DNA from: an uncultured Actinomycetes bacterium | GTDB taxonomy: Bacteria; Actinomycetota; UBA4738; HRBIN12 | Direction of reading: 5' to 3' | NCBI GenBank assembly: GCA_963744515.1 | Contig: CAVUTN010000009.1 | Location: 5,637 to 69,636 of the forward strand | Length of the DNA: 64,000 bases | Part shown: positions 23,261 to 33,177 of the stretch, in pieces | How positions within the stretch are numbered: position 1 is the first letter of the stretch | How the letters are laid out: every line of letters begins with the position of its first letter | Position numbers and translations under genes: made by a program | The notes under the pieces: model-generated | Database searches by the model: none | What the model was told of the DNA's origin: nothing | Seen by the model: the letters and a program-made list of their open reading frames with translations, nothing else

Positions 23261-23892
23261 GCGGGCGGATCGCGGAGCAGACGGTCGAGGCGTACCTGCA
23301 CGGGCTCGCGTCGGACGACCCCACGCCCGGCGGCGGCGCCGTCGCCGCGATCTCGGGTGCGACGGGCGCGGCGCTGATCTCGATGGTGTGCAACCTCACG
23401 ATCGGCAAGAAGGGCTACGAGGAGGCCGAGGAGCGGATGCGCTGGATGCTCGAGGAGGCCGAGGAGGCCCGGACCGAGTTCCTCGACCTCGCCGATCGGG
23501 ACGCGACCGCGTTCGACGGCGTCATGGCCGCGTTCAAGATGCCGAAGGAGACCGACGCCGAGAAGGCGGTCCGCTCCGCGGCGATCCAGGCGGGCTACGG
23601 GTCCGCCGCGACGGTCCCGCTCGAGATCGCCAAGCGCGCGGCCGACCTGATGGAGCTCGCGCGCGAGACCACCGAGATCGGCAACGCGCAGGCGGCCTCC
23701 GACGGCGCGTGCGCGGGGCAGGCCCTGTCGGCGGCCGTGTGGTGCGCGACCTACAACGTCGAGATCAACGCGGCGGCGCTCAAGGACCCCGCCAAGGCGC
23801 AGGCGCTGCGCGACGAGGTCTCGGCGCTGCGGGCGAGCACGGCGGCGCTCCTGGACGCGACGAACGCGGCGTTCGCCTCGCGCATCGGCTGA
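23257..23892 (+). CDS. Formiminotetrahydrofolate cyclodeaminase / cyclohydrolase family protein
   Basis: LASDDPTPGGG, MVCNLTIGKKGY, GNAQAASD, NVEIN. Confidence 0.9.
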   Translation: MSGRIAEQTVEAYLHGLASDDPTPGGGAVAAISGATGAALISMVCNLTIGKKGYEEAEERMRWMLEEAEEARTEFLDLADRDATAFDGVMAAFKMPKETDAEKAVRSAAIQAGYGSAATVPLEIAKRAADLMELARETTEIGNAQAASDGACAGQALSAAVWCATYNVEINAAALKDPAKAQALRDEVSALRASTAALLDATNAAFASRIG

Positions 23893-23896
23893 CGCG

Positions 23897-24500
23897 GTGC
23901 GGCGGTTCGAGCCCGGCGAGACCATCGCCCTGCGCCAGACGTGGGGCGGACGCGTCTGGGCGGCGCGACCCGCCACGATCGTCGAGGACGCCCCGGACCA
24001 GACGATGCTGTTCGTCCCGATCGGGGACCAGCTGGATGGCGCCGTTCCAGGACGGGGAACGGCTGAAGATCCCGCAGACCGAGTTCGAGCTCGTCCCGCA
24101 GCGGTACGAGGAGGCCCACGTCCTGTCGTTCTCGTGGCCGGACACGTGGTACGCGGTCCTGTTGTTCCTGCGCCAGGACTGGGCGCCGTGGAGCTGGTAC
24201 GTGAACCTGGAGGAGCCGCTCCGGCGGACCGAGCTCGGGTTCGACACCTTGGATCACGAGCTCGACGTCATCGTCGAGCTCGACGGCTCGTGGCGGTGGA
24301 AGGACGAGGACGACCTGGCCGAGGCGATCCGCCGGGGTGTGATCCCGGCCGAGGACGAACCGCGGATGCGCGCCGACGGCGAGCGCGCGGTCCGCAGGAT
24401 CCTCGACCACGAGCCGCCGTTCGACCGGGACTGGACGACGTGGCGCCCCGATCCCGCCTGGCCCGTCCCCGTCCTGCCCGAGGGCTGGGACCGCGTCTGA
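23897..24500 (+). CDS. DUF402 domain protein (frameshift ~24030)
   Basis: WYVNLEEP...DHELDV...WRWKDEDDL. Confidence 0.82.
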
Positions 24501-24552
24501 CCCGATCGCCGGGGTTGCCGTCGGAGGGCCGGTGCGCGACGCTACGCGCTCC

Positions 24553-25788
24553 ATGAGCGCGCTCGATCTCGCCCACGTCCGGTCCCGCTTCCCCGCGCTC
24601 GCCCGAGAGCTCGACGGACGGCCCGCCGTGTTCGTGGATGCGCCCGGCGGCTCCCAGGTCCCCGAACCCGTGATCGAGGCGATGGCGGCGTACCTCCGCC
24701 GCAGCAACGCGAACGCCCACGGCGCGTTCGCCACCAGCCAGGAGACCGACGAGGTGATCGCGGAGGCCCACCGCGCCGCCGCCGACCTGTTGAACGCCGA
24801 CGCGGACGAGGTGGTCTTCGGTCCGAACGCGACGACGCTGCTGTTCGCGATCTCGCGGTCGGTCGGACGGACGCTCGGGCCCGGCGACGAGGTGGTGGTG
24901 ACGCGGCTCGACCACGACGCCAACGTCCGGCCGTGGGTGCTCGCCGCCGAGGACGCCGGCGCCACCGTCCGGTGGGTCGACATCCGGGAGGACGACGCGA
25001 CGCTCGACCCCGCGTCGTTCCAGGCCGCGCTGTCCGAACGCACGAAGGTCGTCGCGTTCACGCTCGCGTCCAACGCCGTCGGCACGGTCACCCCGGCCGC
25101 CGAGCTCGCGCGGCTCGTCCACGAGCGCACGCCGGCGATCGTCGCGTGCGACGGGGTCCACCTGGCGCAGCACCGCCGGATCGACGTTCGCGCCGTCGGC
25201 GCCGACCTGGTGGTGTGCTCGCCCTACAAGATCTTCGGGCCGCATCTCGGGATCCTGTTCGGCCGCCGCGAGGTGCTGTCGACGCTCCGCCCCTACAAGG
25301 TCCGGCCGGCCGAGGACGCGCTCCCCTTCGCGTTCGAGACCGGGACGCAGAACCACGAGGGGTTCGCCGGCTGGATCGCCGCGGTGGGCTACCTCGCCGA
25401 GCTGGGCGAGGGCGGTAGCCGGCGGGCCGCGGTGGCCGACGCGTTCGAGCGGGCCATCGTGCCGTACGAGGCCGCCCTGTCCGAACGCTTCCTCGACGGC
25501 CTCCGCGGGATCGACGGCGTCCGCTTGTACGGCATCGGTGAGACGGACCGCGTCGGCGAACGGACGCCCACGTTCGCGATCCGCGTCGGCGACCGGCACC
25601 CGGCCGAGACCGCGAAGGCGCTCGCCGAGCGCGGGGTCTTCGTGTGGGACGGCAACTACTACGCGCTCGAGATCATGGAGCGGCTCGGCCTCCAGGACTC
25701 GGGAGGGGCGGTCCGGGTCGGGTTCTGCCACTACAACACCCCGGACGAGGTGGACCGGGTGCTCGAGGAGCTCTCGGCCCTCGCGTAG
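24553..25788 (+). CDS. Cysteine desulfurase-like protein (aminotransferase class V)
   Basis: DAPGGSQVP, LDHDANVRPW, SPYKIFGPH, ETGTQNHE, HYNT. Confidence 0.88.
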   Translation: MSALDLAHVRSRFPALARELDGRPAVFVDAPGGSQVPEPVIEAMAAYLRRSNANAHGAFATSQETDEVIAEAHRAAADLLNADADEVVFGPNATTLLFAISRSVGRTLGPGDEVVVTRLDHDANVRPWVLAAEDAGATVRWVDIREDDATLDPASFQAALSERTKVVAFTLASNAVGTVTPAAELARLVHERTPAIVACDGVHLAQHRRIDVRAVGADLVVCSPYKIFGPHLGILFGRREVLSTLRPYKVRPAEDALPFAFETGTQNHEGFAGWIAAVGYLAELGEGGSRRAAVADAFERAIVPYEAALSERFLDGLRGIDGVRLYGIGETDRVGERTPTFAIRVGDRHPAETAKALAERGVFVWDGNYYALEIMERLGLQDSGGAVRVGFCHYNTPDEVDRVLEELSALA

Positions 25789-25875
25789 GCGGGGCATCCG
25801 TGCGGATCCTCGGGCGCGCGTTGCTAGGATGACGCGGCTTCCCACCCCCGACCGAACCTGGAGCGAGGCAACGGC

Positions 25876-27052
25876 ATGCGGATCTTGATCCTCGGCGGCG
25901 ACGGCTACCTCGGGTGGCCGACGTCGATGCACTTCGCCCGCACGGGCCACGAGGTGCACGCGATCGACGACTACCTCCGGCGCCGAGCCCACGAGGAGGC
26001 CGGGACGGATTCGCTCACCCCGATCGGCGCCTCGCTGCCGGCCCGGGCCGAGGCGTTCCGAGAGGTCACGGGTCTGGAGATCGGCGTCACCGAGGGCGAC
26101 CTGACCGACTGGAGCGTCGTCGAGCGCCTGTTCCGCGAGTTCCGGCCCGAGGCGATCGTCCACTACGGCGAGATGCCGAGCGCCCCCTACTCGATGATCG
26201 ACCGGGAGCACGCCGTGTTCACGCAGACGAACAACGTCGTGAACACGCTGAACGTCCTGTACGCGATGGCCGAGATCACCCCCGACGCGCACCTGGTCAA
26301 GCTCGGGACGATGGGCGAGTACGGCACGCCGAACATCGACATCGAGGAGGGGTACCTCGAGATCGAGCACAACGGGCGCTCGGACACCCTCCCGTTCCCG
26401 AAGCTCCCCGGGTCGATGTACCACCTGTCGAAGGTGCACGACTCGCACAACGTCCACTTCGCGTGCCGGATCTGGGGCCTGCGCGCGACCGACCTCAACC
26501 AGGGGGTCGTGTACGGGATCGAGACCGAGGAGACCAGGCTCGACGAGCGCCTGCTGACGCGGTTCGACTACGACGAGGTGTTCGGGACGGCCCTGAACCG
26601 CTTCTGCTTGCAGGCCGTGATCGGGCAACCGCTGACCCCGTACGGCAAGGGCGGCCAGACGCGCGGCTACCTGAACATCGTCGACACGCTCCGGTGCGTG
26701 GAGCTCGCGGTCCTGCATCCGGCCGAGGCGGGCGAGTTCCGCGTGTTCAACCAGTTCACCGAGCAGTTCTCGGTCGTCGAGCTCGCGGAGCTGGTGCGCC
26801 ACGCCGGCTCCGAGATCGGGCTCGAGGTCCGGATCGAGCACCTGGACAATCCCCGGGTCGAGCTGGAGGAGCACTACTACAACGCCAAGCACACCAAGCT
26901 GGTGGAGCTCGGCCTGCAGCCGCACCTGCTCTCCGAGACGCTGATCGGGTCGATGTTCGACGTGATCGAGCGGTACAAGGACCGCGTGATCCCCGATCAC
27001 ATCCTGCCCGCCACACGCTGGCGGGGCGTGCGCGGAACGCTCGTCCGGCTGA
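25876..27052 (+). CDS. sqdB: UDP-sulfoquinovose synthase
   Basis: GGDGYLGWPT, HLVKLGTMGEYGTPNIDIEEG, YHLSKVHDS, WGLRATDLNQGVVYG, ENPRVE-like DNPRVE.EEHYY. The stop position is inferred across a probable indel. Confidence 0.9.
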
Positions 27053-27090
27053 GCCGTCCGGCCGTTCGCCATCGCGTAGAGTCCAGGGCC

Positions 27091-28138
27091 ATGTCGGCCC
27101 TTCGTGTGGTCGGGGGCATCTTCGCCGTCGCGTTCTTCGCGCTCGCCCTGATCCGCTACCAGCGACGCCGGATCAGCCGGCTGAACCTGATCATCTCGTC
27201 GCTGATCTCGGCGCGTCGTGTTGCTGCTCGCGATCGCGCCGGGCCTGTTCAACCCGCTGTTCGAGGTCTTCAACTTCGAGCCGGGGAACGGGCAGCGCCT
27301 GACGGCCGTCCTGTTGTTCGCGGTCGCGATCCAGTTCCTGCTGCTGATCCGGATGCAGTCCGAGGTCGACACGAACGAGCGCGGGATCCGCCAGCTCGTC
27401 GAGTCGTTCGGGCAGTCGGCGTTCGACTGGGACGTGGCGGCCGATCTCCCGGCAGGGAAACGGATCGTGGTCGTCTCCCCCGCCTTCAACGAGGCCGAGA
27501 ACGTCGGGGCGGTCATCGACGCGATGCCGCGCGAGGTCGAGGGGTATCACGTCGTCGCGATCGTGGTCGACGACCACTCGGACGACGGGACCGCGGACGC
27601 GGCGCGGGAGGCCGGCGCGCTGGCGGCCAGCCTGCCGATCCGGCGGGGCGGGGGGCTCGCGCTCCGGGTGGGCTACGACATCGCGCTCAAGCTCGGCGCC
27701 GACATCGTCGTGACGATGGACGCCGACGGCCAGCACCAGCCCGAGGAGCTCCCCACGGTCGTCGGGCCGATCATCGAGGGCCGCGCCGACCACGTGAACG
27801 GGTCCAGGATGCTCGGCGACTTCGAGCGCGAGAGCCTGATCCGTCACCTCGGGGTGCACTTCTTCTCGCGCGTCGTGACGATCCTGACCGGGCAGCGGGT
27901 CACCGACATCTCGAGCGGCTACCGCGCGACCCGGGCCGACACGCTCCGGGCGCTGATCCTGGAGCAGGACCAGTTCTGGACCTCGGAGGTCACGATCGAG
28001 GCGCTCCGTCAGCACGCGCGGGTCGTGGAGGTGCCGGTCACGTTCCTCACCCGTCGCGGCGGCGTCTCGAAGAAGCCGAAATCGTTCCGCTACGCGTGGA
28101 ACTTCTCGAAGGCGATCGTCAAGACCTGGCTGCGCTAG
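27091..28138 (+). CDS. GT2 (DPM-synthase-like) glycosyltransferase with N-terminal membrane domain (DUF2304-like; frameshift ~27215)
   Basis: About three N-terminal TM helices; PAFNEAENV, VDDHSDDGT, MDADGQH, GSR, TDISSGYRA. Confidence 0.85.
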
Positions 28139-29037
28139 CCGCGGCGGCGACCTCGCCGGCCAGCCGGGCGTTGGACTCGAGCAGCGCGAGGTTCGCCTCC
28201 AGGCTCTCGCCGTCGGTGCGTTCGGACAGGCAGGAGAGCAGGTACGGGGTCACGGCCTTGCCGCGGACGCCCTCGCGTTCGGCGATCCGCTCGCACGCCC
28301 GAACCGCCTCCTCGACGACGCCCGCGTCCATCGCGAACCTCTCCGGGATCGGGTTGCACAGGAGCACCGCCGCCGCGGCCTCGAGCTCGCCGAGCGCCCG
28401 GGCGATCCGCGCGGCCTCGGCGGGCTCGTCCACCCGGTCCTCGAGGTCGACGGGCGCCTCGCGCGCCAGGAAGAACGGCAGGCGCCAGCAGGCGTAGCCG
28501 ACCACCCCGACGCCGAGCTCCTCCAGCCGCGTCGGCGGTGGCGACGGGGTCGACGATCGACTTGGGGCCCGAGCACACGAGCAGGACCGGGGTCCGCGCG
28601 AGCTCGACCAGGTCCGCCGAGACGTCCCCGCCGCCATCTCCGCTCCTGGGGTGGACGCCCCCGATCCCGCCGGTCGCCCCGACCCGGATCCCGGCTCGGT
28701 GGGCCGCCCAGATCGTGCTCGAGACCGTGGTGGCGCCCAGCCCGCCCGAGGCGATCGCCACGGGCAGGTCGCGCCTGGCGACCTTGATCGCGCTCCCGGG
28801 CTCGGCGAACGCCTGCAGCTCGTCCGCCGAGAGCCCCACCACCACCTCGCCCCGCATCACGCCGATCCACGCGGGGACGGCGCCCGCCGAACGGATCGCG
28901 GCGTTCATCCGCTCGACGCACTCGAGGTTGCGGGGCGAAGGCAGGCCCTGGGACACGACGCTCGTCTCGAGCGCGACCACGCCGTCCCCGGCGGCCAGCG
29001 CGGCCGCGACCTCGCTCGAGGGCCGGACGACGCTCAG
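28135..29037 (-). CDS. psuG: Pseudouridine-5'-phosphate glycosidase (frameshift ~28530)
   Basis: VVALETSVVSQGLP.P.N, GATTVS, ATGGIGGVH, DVSADL, GKAVTPYLL, SLEANLALL. Confidence 0.9.
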   Translation of the reverse strand: MSVVRPSSEVAAALAAGDGVVALETSVVSQGLPSPRNLECVERMNAAIRSAGAVPAWIGVMRGEVVVGLSADELQAFAEPGSAIKVARRDLPVAIASGGLGATTVSSTIWAAHRAGIRVGATGGIGGVHPRSGDGGGDVSADLVELARTPVLLVCSGPKSIVDPVATADAAGGARRRGGRLRLLAPAVLPGARGARRPRGPGGRARRGRADRPGARRARGRGGGAPVQPDPGEVRDGRGRRRGGGSGVRADRRTRGRPRQGRDPVPALLPVRTHRRREPGGEPRAARVQRPAGRRGRRRG

Positions 29038-29940
29038 CGCCGCCGCCTCCCCGATGGGCTCCTCGTCCTCGGCCGGCCGCGGGCGTTCGGGCCAGGTCTC
29101 GTAGCTCGCCGCGACGCGGGCCCCCGCGCGGCAGGCCGAGGCCAGCGCGTCGCCCGGCGAGCGGCCGGCGGCGAGCGACGCGAGCAGCACGCCGTTGAAC
29201 GCGTCCCCCGCGCCGGTGCTGTCCTTCTCGACGACGGCGTCGGTCGCGTTGCGGATCACGAGCCCCTCCCACGACATCAGCGCGCCCTCCTCGCCCTGCT
29301 TCACGCAGACGACCGGGAAGCGACGCGACAGCTCGTCGACCGCGTCGACGTCGCGGCGCCCCGTGAGCTCCTCCGCCTCGCGTTCGTTGGCCAGCAGGAG
29401 CGTGGCGGGCGCGCAAGCGTCGAGGAACCGCTCGACGCCGAACGAACGGATCATCGGCCAGGACGCCGCGTCGACCGCGACGAAGCGCGCATGGGCGCGT
29501 TCGAGCGCGGCGATGCCGGCCGCCGAGGTCGGTTCGAACAACAGCGTGTACCCGGACACCAGGACGGCGCCGGCCTCGAGCCGTTCGGGCAGGTCGTCGG
29601 GCGAGAGCCGTCCGCCCGCGCCGCGGTCCGCCACCATCGAGCGTTCGCGCGGCTCGTGGACGACGAGCATCGTGCCGGTCTCGGCGCTCCGGTCGATCGC
29701 CAGGGCGGGTTCGACCCCGCGGGCGATCAGCTCGTCGCGGAGCAGCGCGCCGGCCATGTCCGAACCGATCCGCGCGTGCACGCGGGACGTCGCGCCGGCC
29801 TCCACGGCCCACACGGCCGCGTTGGCCGCGCTCCCCCCGGGCCGAACGAGGACCCGCCCGTGCACGTCGCCGCCCTCCTCGAGACCGTCGGAGTCGACCC
29901 GCACGTCGATCATCACGTCGCCCACCGTCACCACGTCCAT
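29034..29940 (-). CDS. PfkB family carbohydrate kinase (probable pseudouridine kinase)
   Basis: GGSAANAA, ANEREA, DSTGAGDAFNG; adjacent to, and in frame with, psuG. Confidence 0.85.
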
Positions 29941-29969
29941 CGCGGTGCAGCCTACCGGGTACCGTTTGC

Positions 29970-30524
29970 GTGATGAGAGGCGGGACGCTCCAGCGAGGCG
30001 ACCAGGTCTTCCTCCGTCACATGGAGGCGGCCGACGAGGAGGCGTTCCTGCGCGCCGTGCGATCGAGCCGGAAGCTGCACCGTCCGTGGTCGTACCTGCC
30101 CGAGACCGGCGAGGACTTCCGCGACATGCTGGTCCGGCCGCTAGGCGAGTCCTACCTGATCTGCCGCAACGAGGACGGGGCGCTCGCGGGGAGCGCGAGC
30201 CTCGGGCACATCGTGTTCGGCAACCTGCGGAGCGCGTACCTCGGGTACTCGGCCTTCGTCCCCCACCAGGGGCGTGGGTATATGACGGAGGGGCTCGAGC
30301 TGGTGCTGCGGCACGCGTTCGGGACGTTGGCGCTCCACCGCGTCGAGGTCAACGTCCAGCCCGACAACGCGCGCTCGATCGCGCTCGCCGAACGCCTGGG
30401 GTTCCGCCGCGAGGGCTTCTCGCCCCGCTACCTGAAGATCGGCGGCCGGTGGCGCGACCACGTCCGGTTCGCGATGCTCGCCGACGAGTTCGCGCCGGCC
30501 GCGCGCCGTCGTTCGCGCGGCTAA
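29970..30524 (+). CDS. RimJ/RimL-type GNAT acetyltransferase
   Basis: SAYLGY...QGRGYMTEGL...LHRVEVNVQPDNARS...GFRREG...WRDH. Confidence 0.88.
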   Translation: MMRGGTLQRGDQVFLRHMEAADEEAFLRAVRSSRKLHRPWSYLPETGEDFRDMLVRPLGESYLICRNEDGALAGSASLGHIVFGNLRSAYLGYSAFVPHQGRGYMTEGLELVLRHAFGTLALHRVEVNVQPDNARSIALAERLGFRREGFSPRYLKIGGRWRDHVRFAMLADEFAPAARRRSRG

Positions 30525-31596
30525 CCGGCGTTCGCGATCCCGGCCGCGTCGGCCGCCCACCGCCCGAACGCGCCCCAGAACGGGTCGAGGCCCGGGTGCT
30601 CGAGCGGCCGGCTCGCCATCGGGCGTGACCAGGACCACGCCGGCCGACGCCTCGGTCACCTCGCCGACGATCGCGCCCTCGATGTCCGCGGCCGCGAGCG
30701 CCTCGACGAACGCCTCGGCCCGATCCGCGAACGACCGTCGCGATCAGCGTGCCCTCGCTGATCGAAGTGTAGGGGTCCATCCCGATGTGCTCGCACACGG
30801 CGCGGACCTCGTCGCGAACCGGGATCGCCTCGAGCTCGATCCGCAGCCCGGCCTCGGACGCCGACGCGACCTCGGTCAGACCGCCGAGGACGCCGCCCTC
30901 GGTCGCGTCGTGCATCGAGGTCACGCCCTCGTCCCGCAGCCCGAACCCGCGGGCGACTGCCGCCTCGGGCACCACCGTCATCCGCTCGAACAACGCGTCG
31001 GCGCGTTCGACCACGTCGGCGCCGACGCCCTCGGCCAGGCGTTCGGGGAACGTGGCCGCGAACAGCGCCGTCGCTTCGATCGCCGCGCCCTTCGTGACGA
31101 TCACGCGGTCGCCGGGCCGTGCCATCGTCGGGGTGACGAACCGATCCTCCGGGCCCGTGGCGATACACACCGCCCCGCCGACCATCGGCCACGCGCAGCC
31201 GTCGTAGCGCGCGGTGTGACCGGTGACCACGGCGAGCCCGATCTCCTCGCACGCCCGGTGGAACGCGTCCCAGAGCGACGTGAGCTCGTCGTCGGTGATC
31301 TCGGGGGGCAGGTTGAGGTCGACAGCCATCCAGCGGAGCGGGAGACCGCTCGTGGCCGCGTCGGAGGCGAGGATGTGGACGGCGAACCACGCGGCTCGCT
31401 CCCATCCGTAGGCCGGCACGATGAAGACCGGGTCGGCGGTGAGCGCCATCGCCACGCCGTCGGCGACCCGGACGACCCCGACGTCCACGCCGTGCCGCGG
31501 CCCGATCAGCACGTCGTCGTCCTTCGCGCCGAGCCGCCGCAGGATCACCTGCTCGAACAGCTCGGCCGTCGCCTTCCCCGTGCGCTGCTCGCTCAT
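30521..31596 (-). CDS. AIR synthase family protein (HypE/ThiL/PurM fold; frameshift near 3' end)
   Basis: GPRHGVDVG, TADP, ASDAATSG, TGHT, MHDATEGG, ISEGTL. Confidence 0.85.
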
Positions 31597-32232
31597 CCCT
31601 TCCCTTCCTCCCAACGGTGCACGGCCTCGACCAGGGCCTCGGTGGCGCGAACGGGGTCGGGCGCGGCTCCGACCGCCGACACCACGCAGACCCCCGCGGC
31701 CCCCGCGTCGAGCACCTCGGCCGCGTTGCCGGCGTGGATGCCGCCGATCCCGACCACCGGCAGCGAGGTCTCGCGCGCGATCGTCCGCAGCCCGTCGAGA
31801 CCCCGCGGTTCGGCCTCGGGCTTGGTCGGGGTCGCCCAGACGGTGACGCCGAGGTAGTCCGCGCCGGCGACCTCCGCCGCGCGGAGCCTCGTCGATCGTC
31901 GAGACGCTGAGCCCCAGGACGGCGCTCGGACCCAGGACCTCGCGAGCGCCGCCCGGGATCGTCGCCCTGTCCGAGGTGCGCCCCCGCGCCGATCATCGAC
32001 GCCACGCCGACGCGGTCGTTCATCACGAACAGCGACGCCGGCTGCGCGCGCACGCGTTCGGACGCGCTCGGCCACGAGTGGCCAGGCGGCCGTCGGGAAG
32101 CTCGGGGGCGCGCAGCTGGATGGCGGTCGCGCCGCCGACGACCGCGGCCGTCGCCACGTCCGCGATGGTCCGCGATCGGGCACGAAGCCGCTTCGACGTC
32201 AGCACGTACACGCGGAGCGAACGTGGATCCAC
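31593..32232 (-). CDS. thiE: Thiamine phosphate synthase (frameshifted)
   Basis: GATAIQLR, FVMNDRV, AHLGQGD, GADYLGV..ATPTK, VVGIGGI, VSAV. Confidence 0.9.
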
Positions 32233-32244
32233 CGTCGACCGCGC

Positions 32245-32338
32245 CTCCCTTCGCCGGCATTACCCGGATCAGGTCCGTTCGGGTCGCCGCCGCGGTGTGG
32301 CGGCCTCTCAGCCCGGTCGCCCGAGCTCCCCGGTTCTC
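32245..32338 (-). ncRNA. TPP (THI-box) riboswitch
   Basis: Minus strand reads GGGGAGC...GGCTGAGAG...ACCCG...ACCTGATCCGGGTAATGCCGGCGAAGGGAG, directly 5' of thiE; the 3' end overlaps the RBS. Confidence 0.92.
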
Positions 32339-32367
32339 GGGAACCAGGATAGCCGAGCCGCGACCGG

Positions 32368-33070
32368 TCAGCGGTTCGCGGCCTGGAGCCGCGCGATGCG
32401 CATCTCGCGGCGGTACCGCTTCCAGTCGCTCTTGCGTGTCGAGATGACGACGTCGGTCCCGATGATCAACAGGCCGTACCCCAGCGATCGCCCACGCGGC
32501 CCACCCCGGCGCCCCGCTCGCCGGCCAGAACGCCAGCGCCAGGAACGGGCCGATCTTGCTCGCGATCGCTCCCGAGGCGTGCATCCACGCCCGCGCCTCC
32601 GGCGCGACCCGCAGGTACGTGGCGTAGTCGATCTTCAGCCCCGGCACCGGCGGGATCAGATCGCGGACGTAGTAGGCGAGGAACCGCATCCCCACCAGCC
32701 GGCCGACCAGCCAATGGGCCGGGACGTGGAACGACACCGACCAGTCCAGCGCGGCGAACACCAACGCGAGCCCGGCCACCGTCTCCGAGTCCGTCGTGAG
32801 GGCGACGCCGACCGCGGCGGCACCCAGGAGCATCCCGACCACCAGCACCGCGTTCCCGAACCACACCGGCACCCGGAGCCGCGCCCGCGCCTCGAACACC
32901 TTCCGGTCGATCCGGCCGGCCTGCTCGGCCCAGTGGTGCGCGAGGATCGGGTCGGCCTTCACCTTGGCCAGCAGGCGCCAGAACCCGAGCGCCCGGAGGT
33001 CGGTCTGGCCCGCGTCGACGGCCGCCTCGATCCGCTCGAACTCGGCCGGGAAGCCCGCCGGGTCGCTCAC
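32368..33070 (-). CDS. Hypothetical multi-pass membrane protein
   Basis: Several hydrophobic helices; HVPAHW and PGLKIDYATYL motifs; ends KSDWKRYRREMR. Confidence 0.7.
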
Positions 33071-33177
33071 CCAGGCTCCACGGTTTACGGCCACCTGCGC
33101 GCTAGGATGTCCGTTCGGACGCGCCCCCGGCCCCAGGTAGTCCGCCCGCAACGACCGAGCAGCGACGGGAGGCGACC

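Noticed and set aside
25876-27210. Apparent SqdB-membrane protein fusion (873-aa ORF)
   Set aside because: An out-of-frame TGA at 27050 and a separate TAGAGT -10 plus ATG at 27091 point to two genes joined by an indel.
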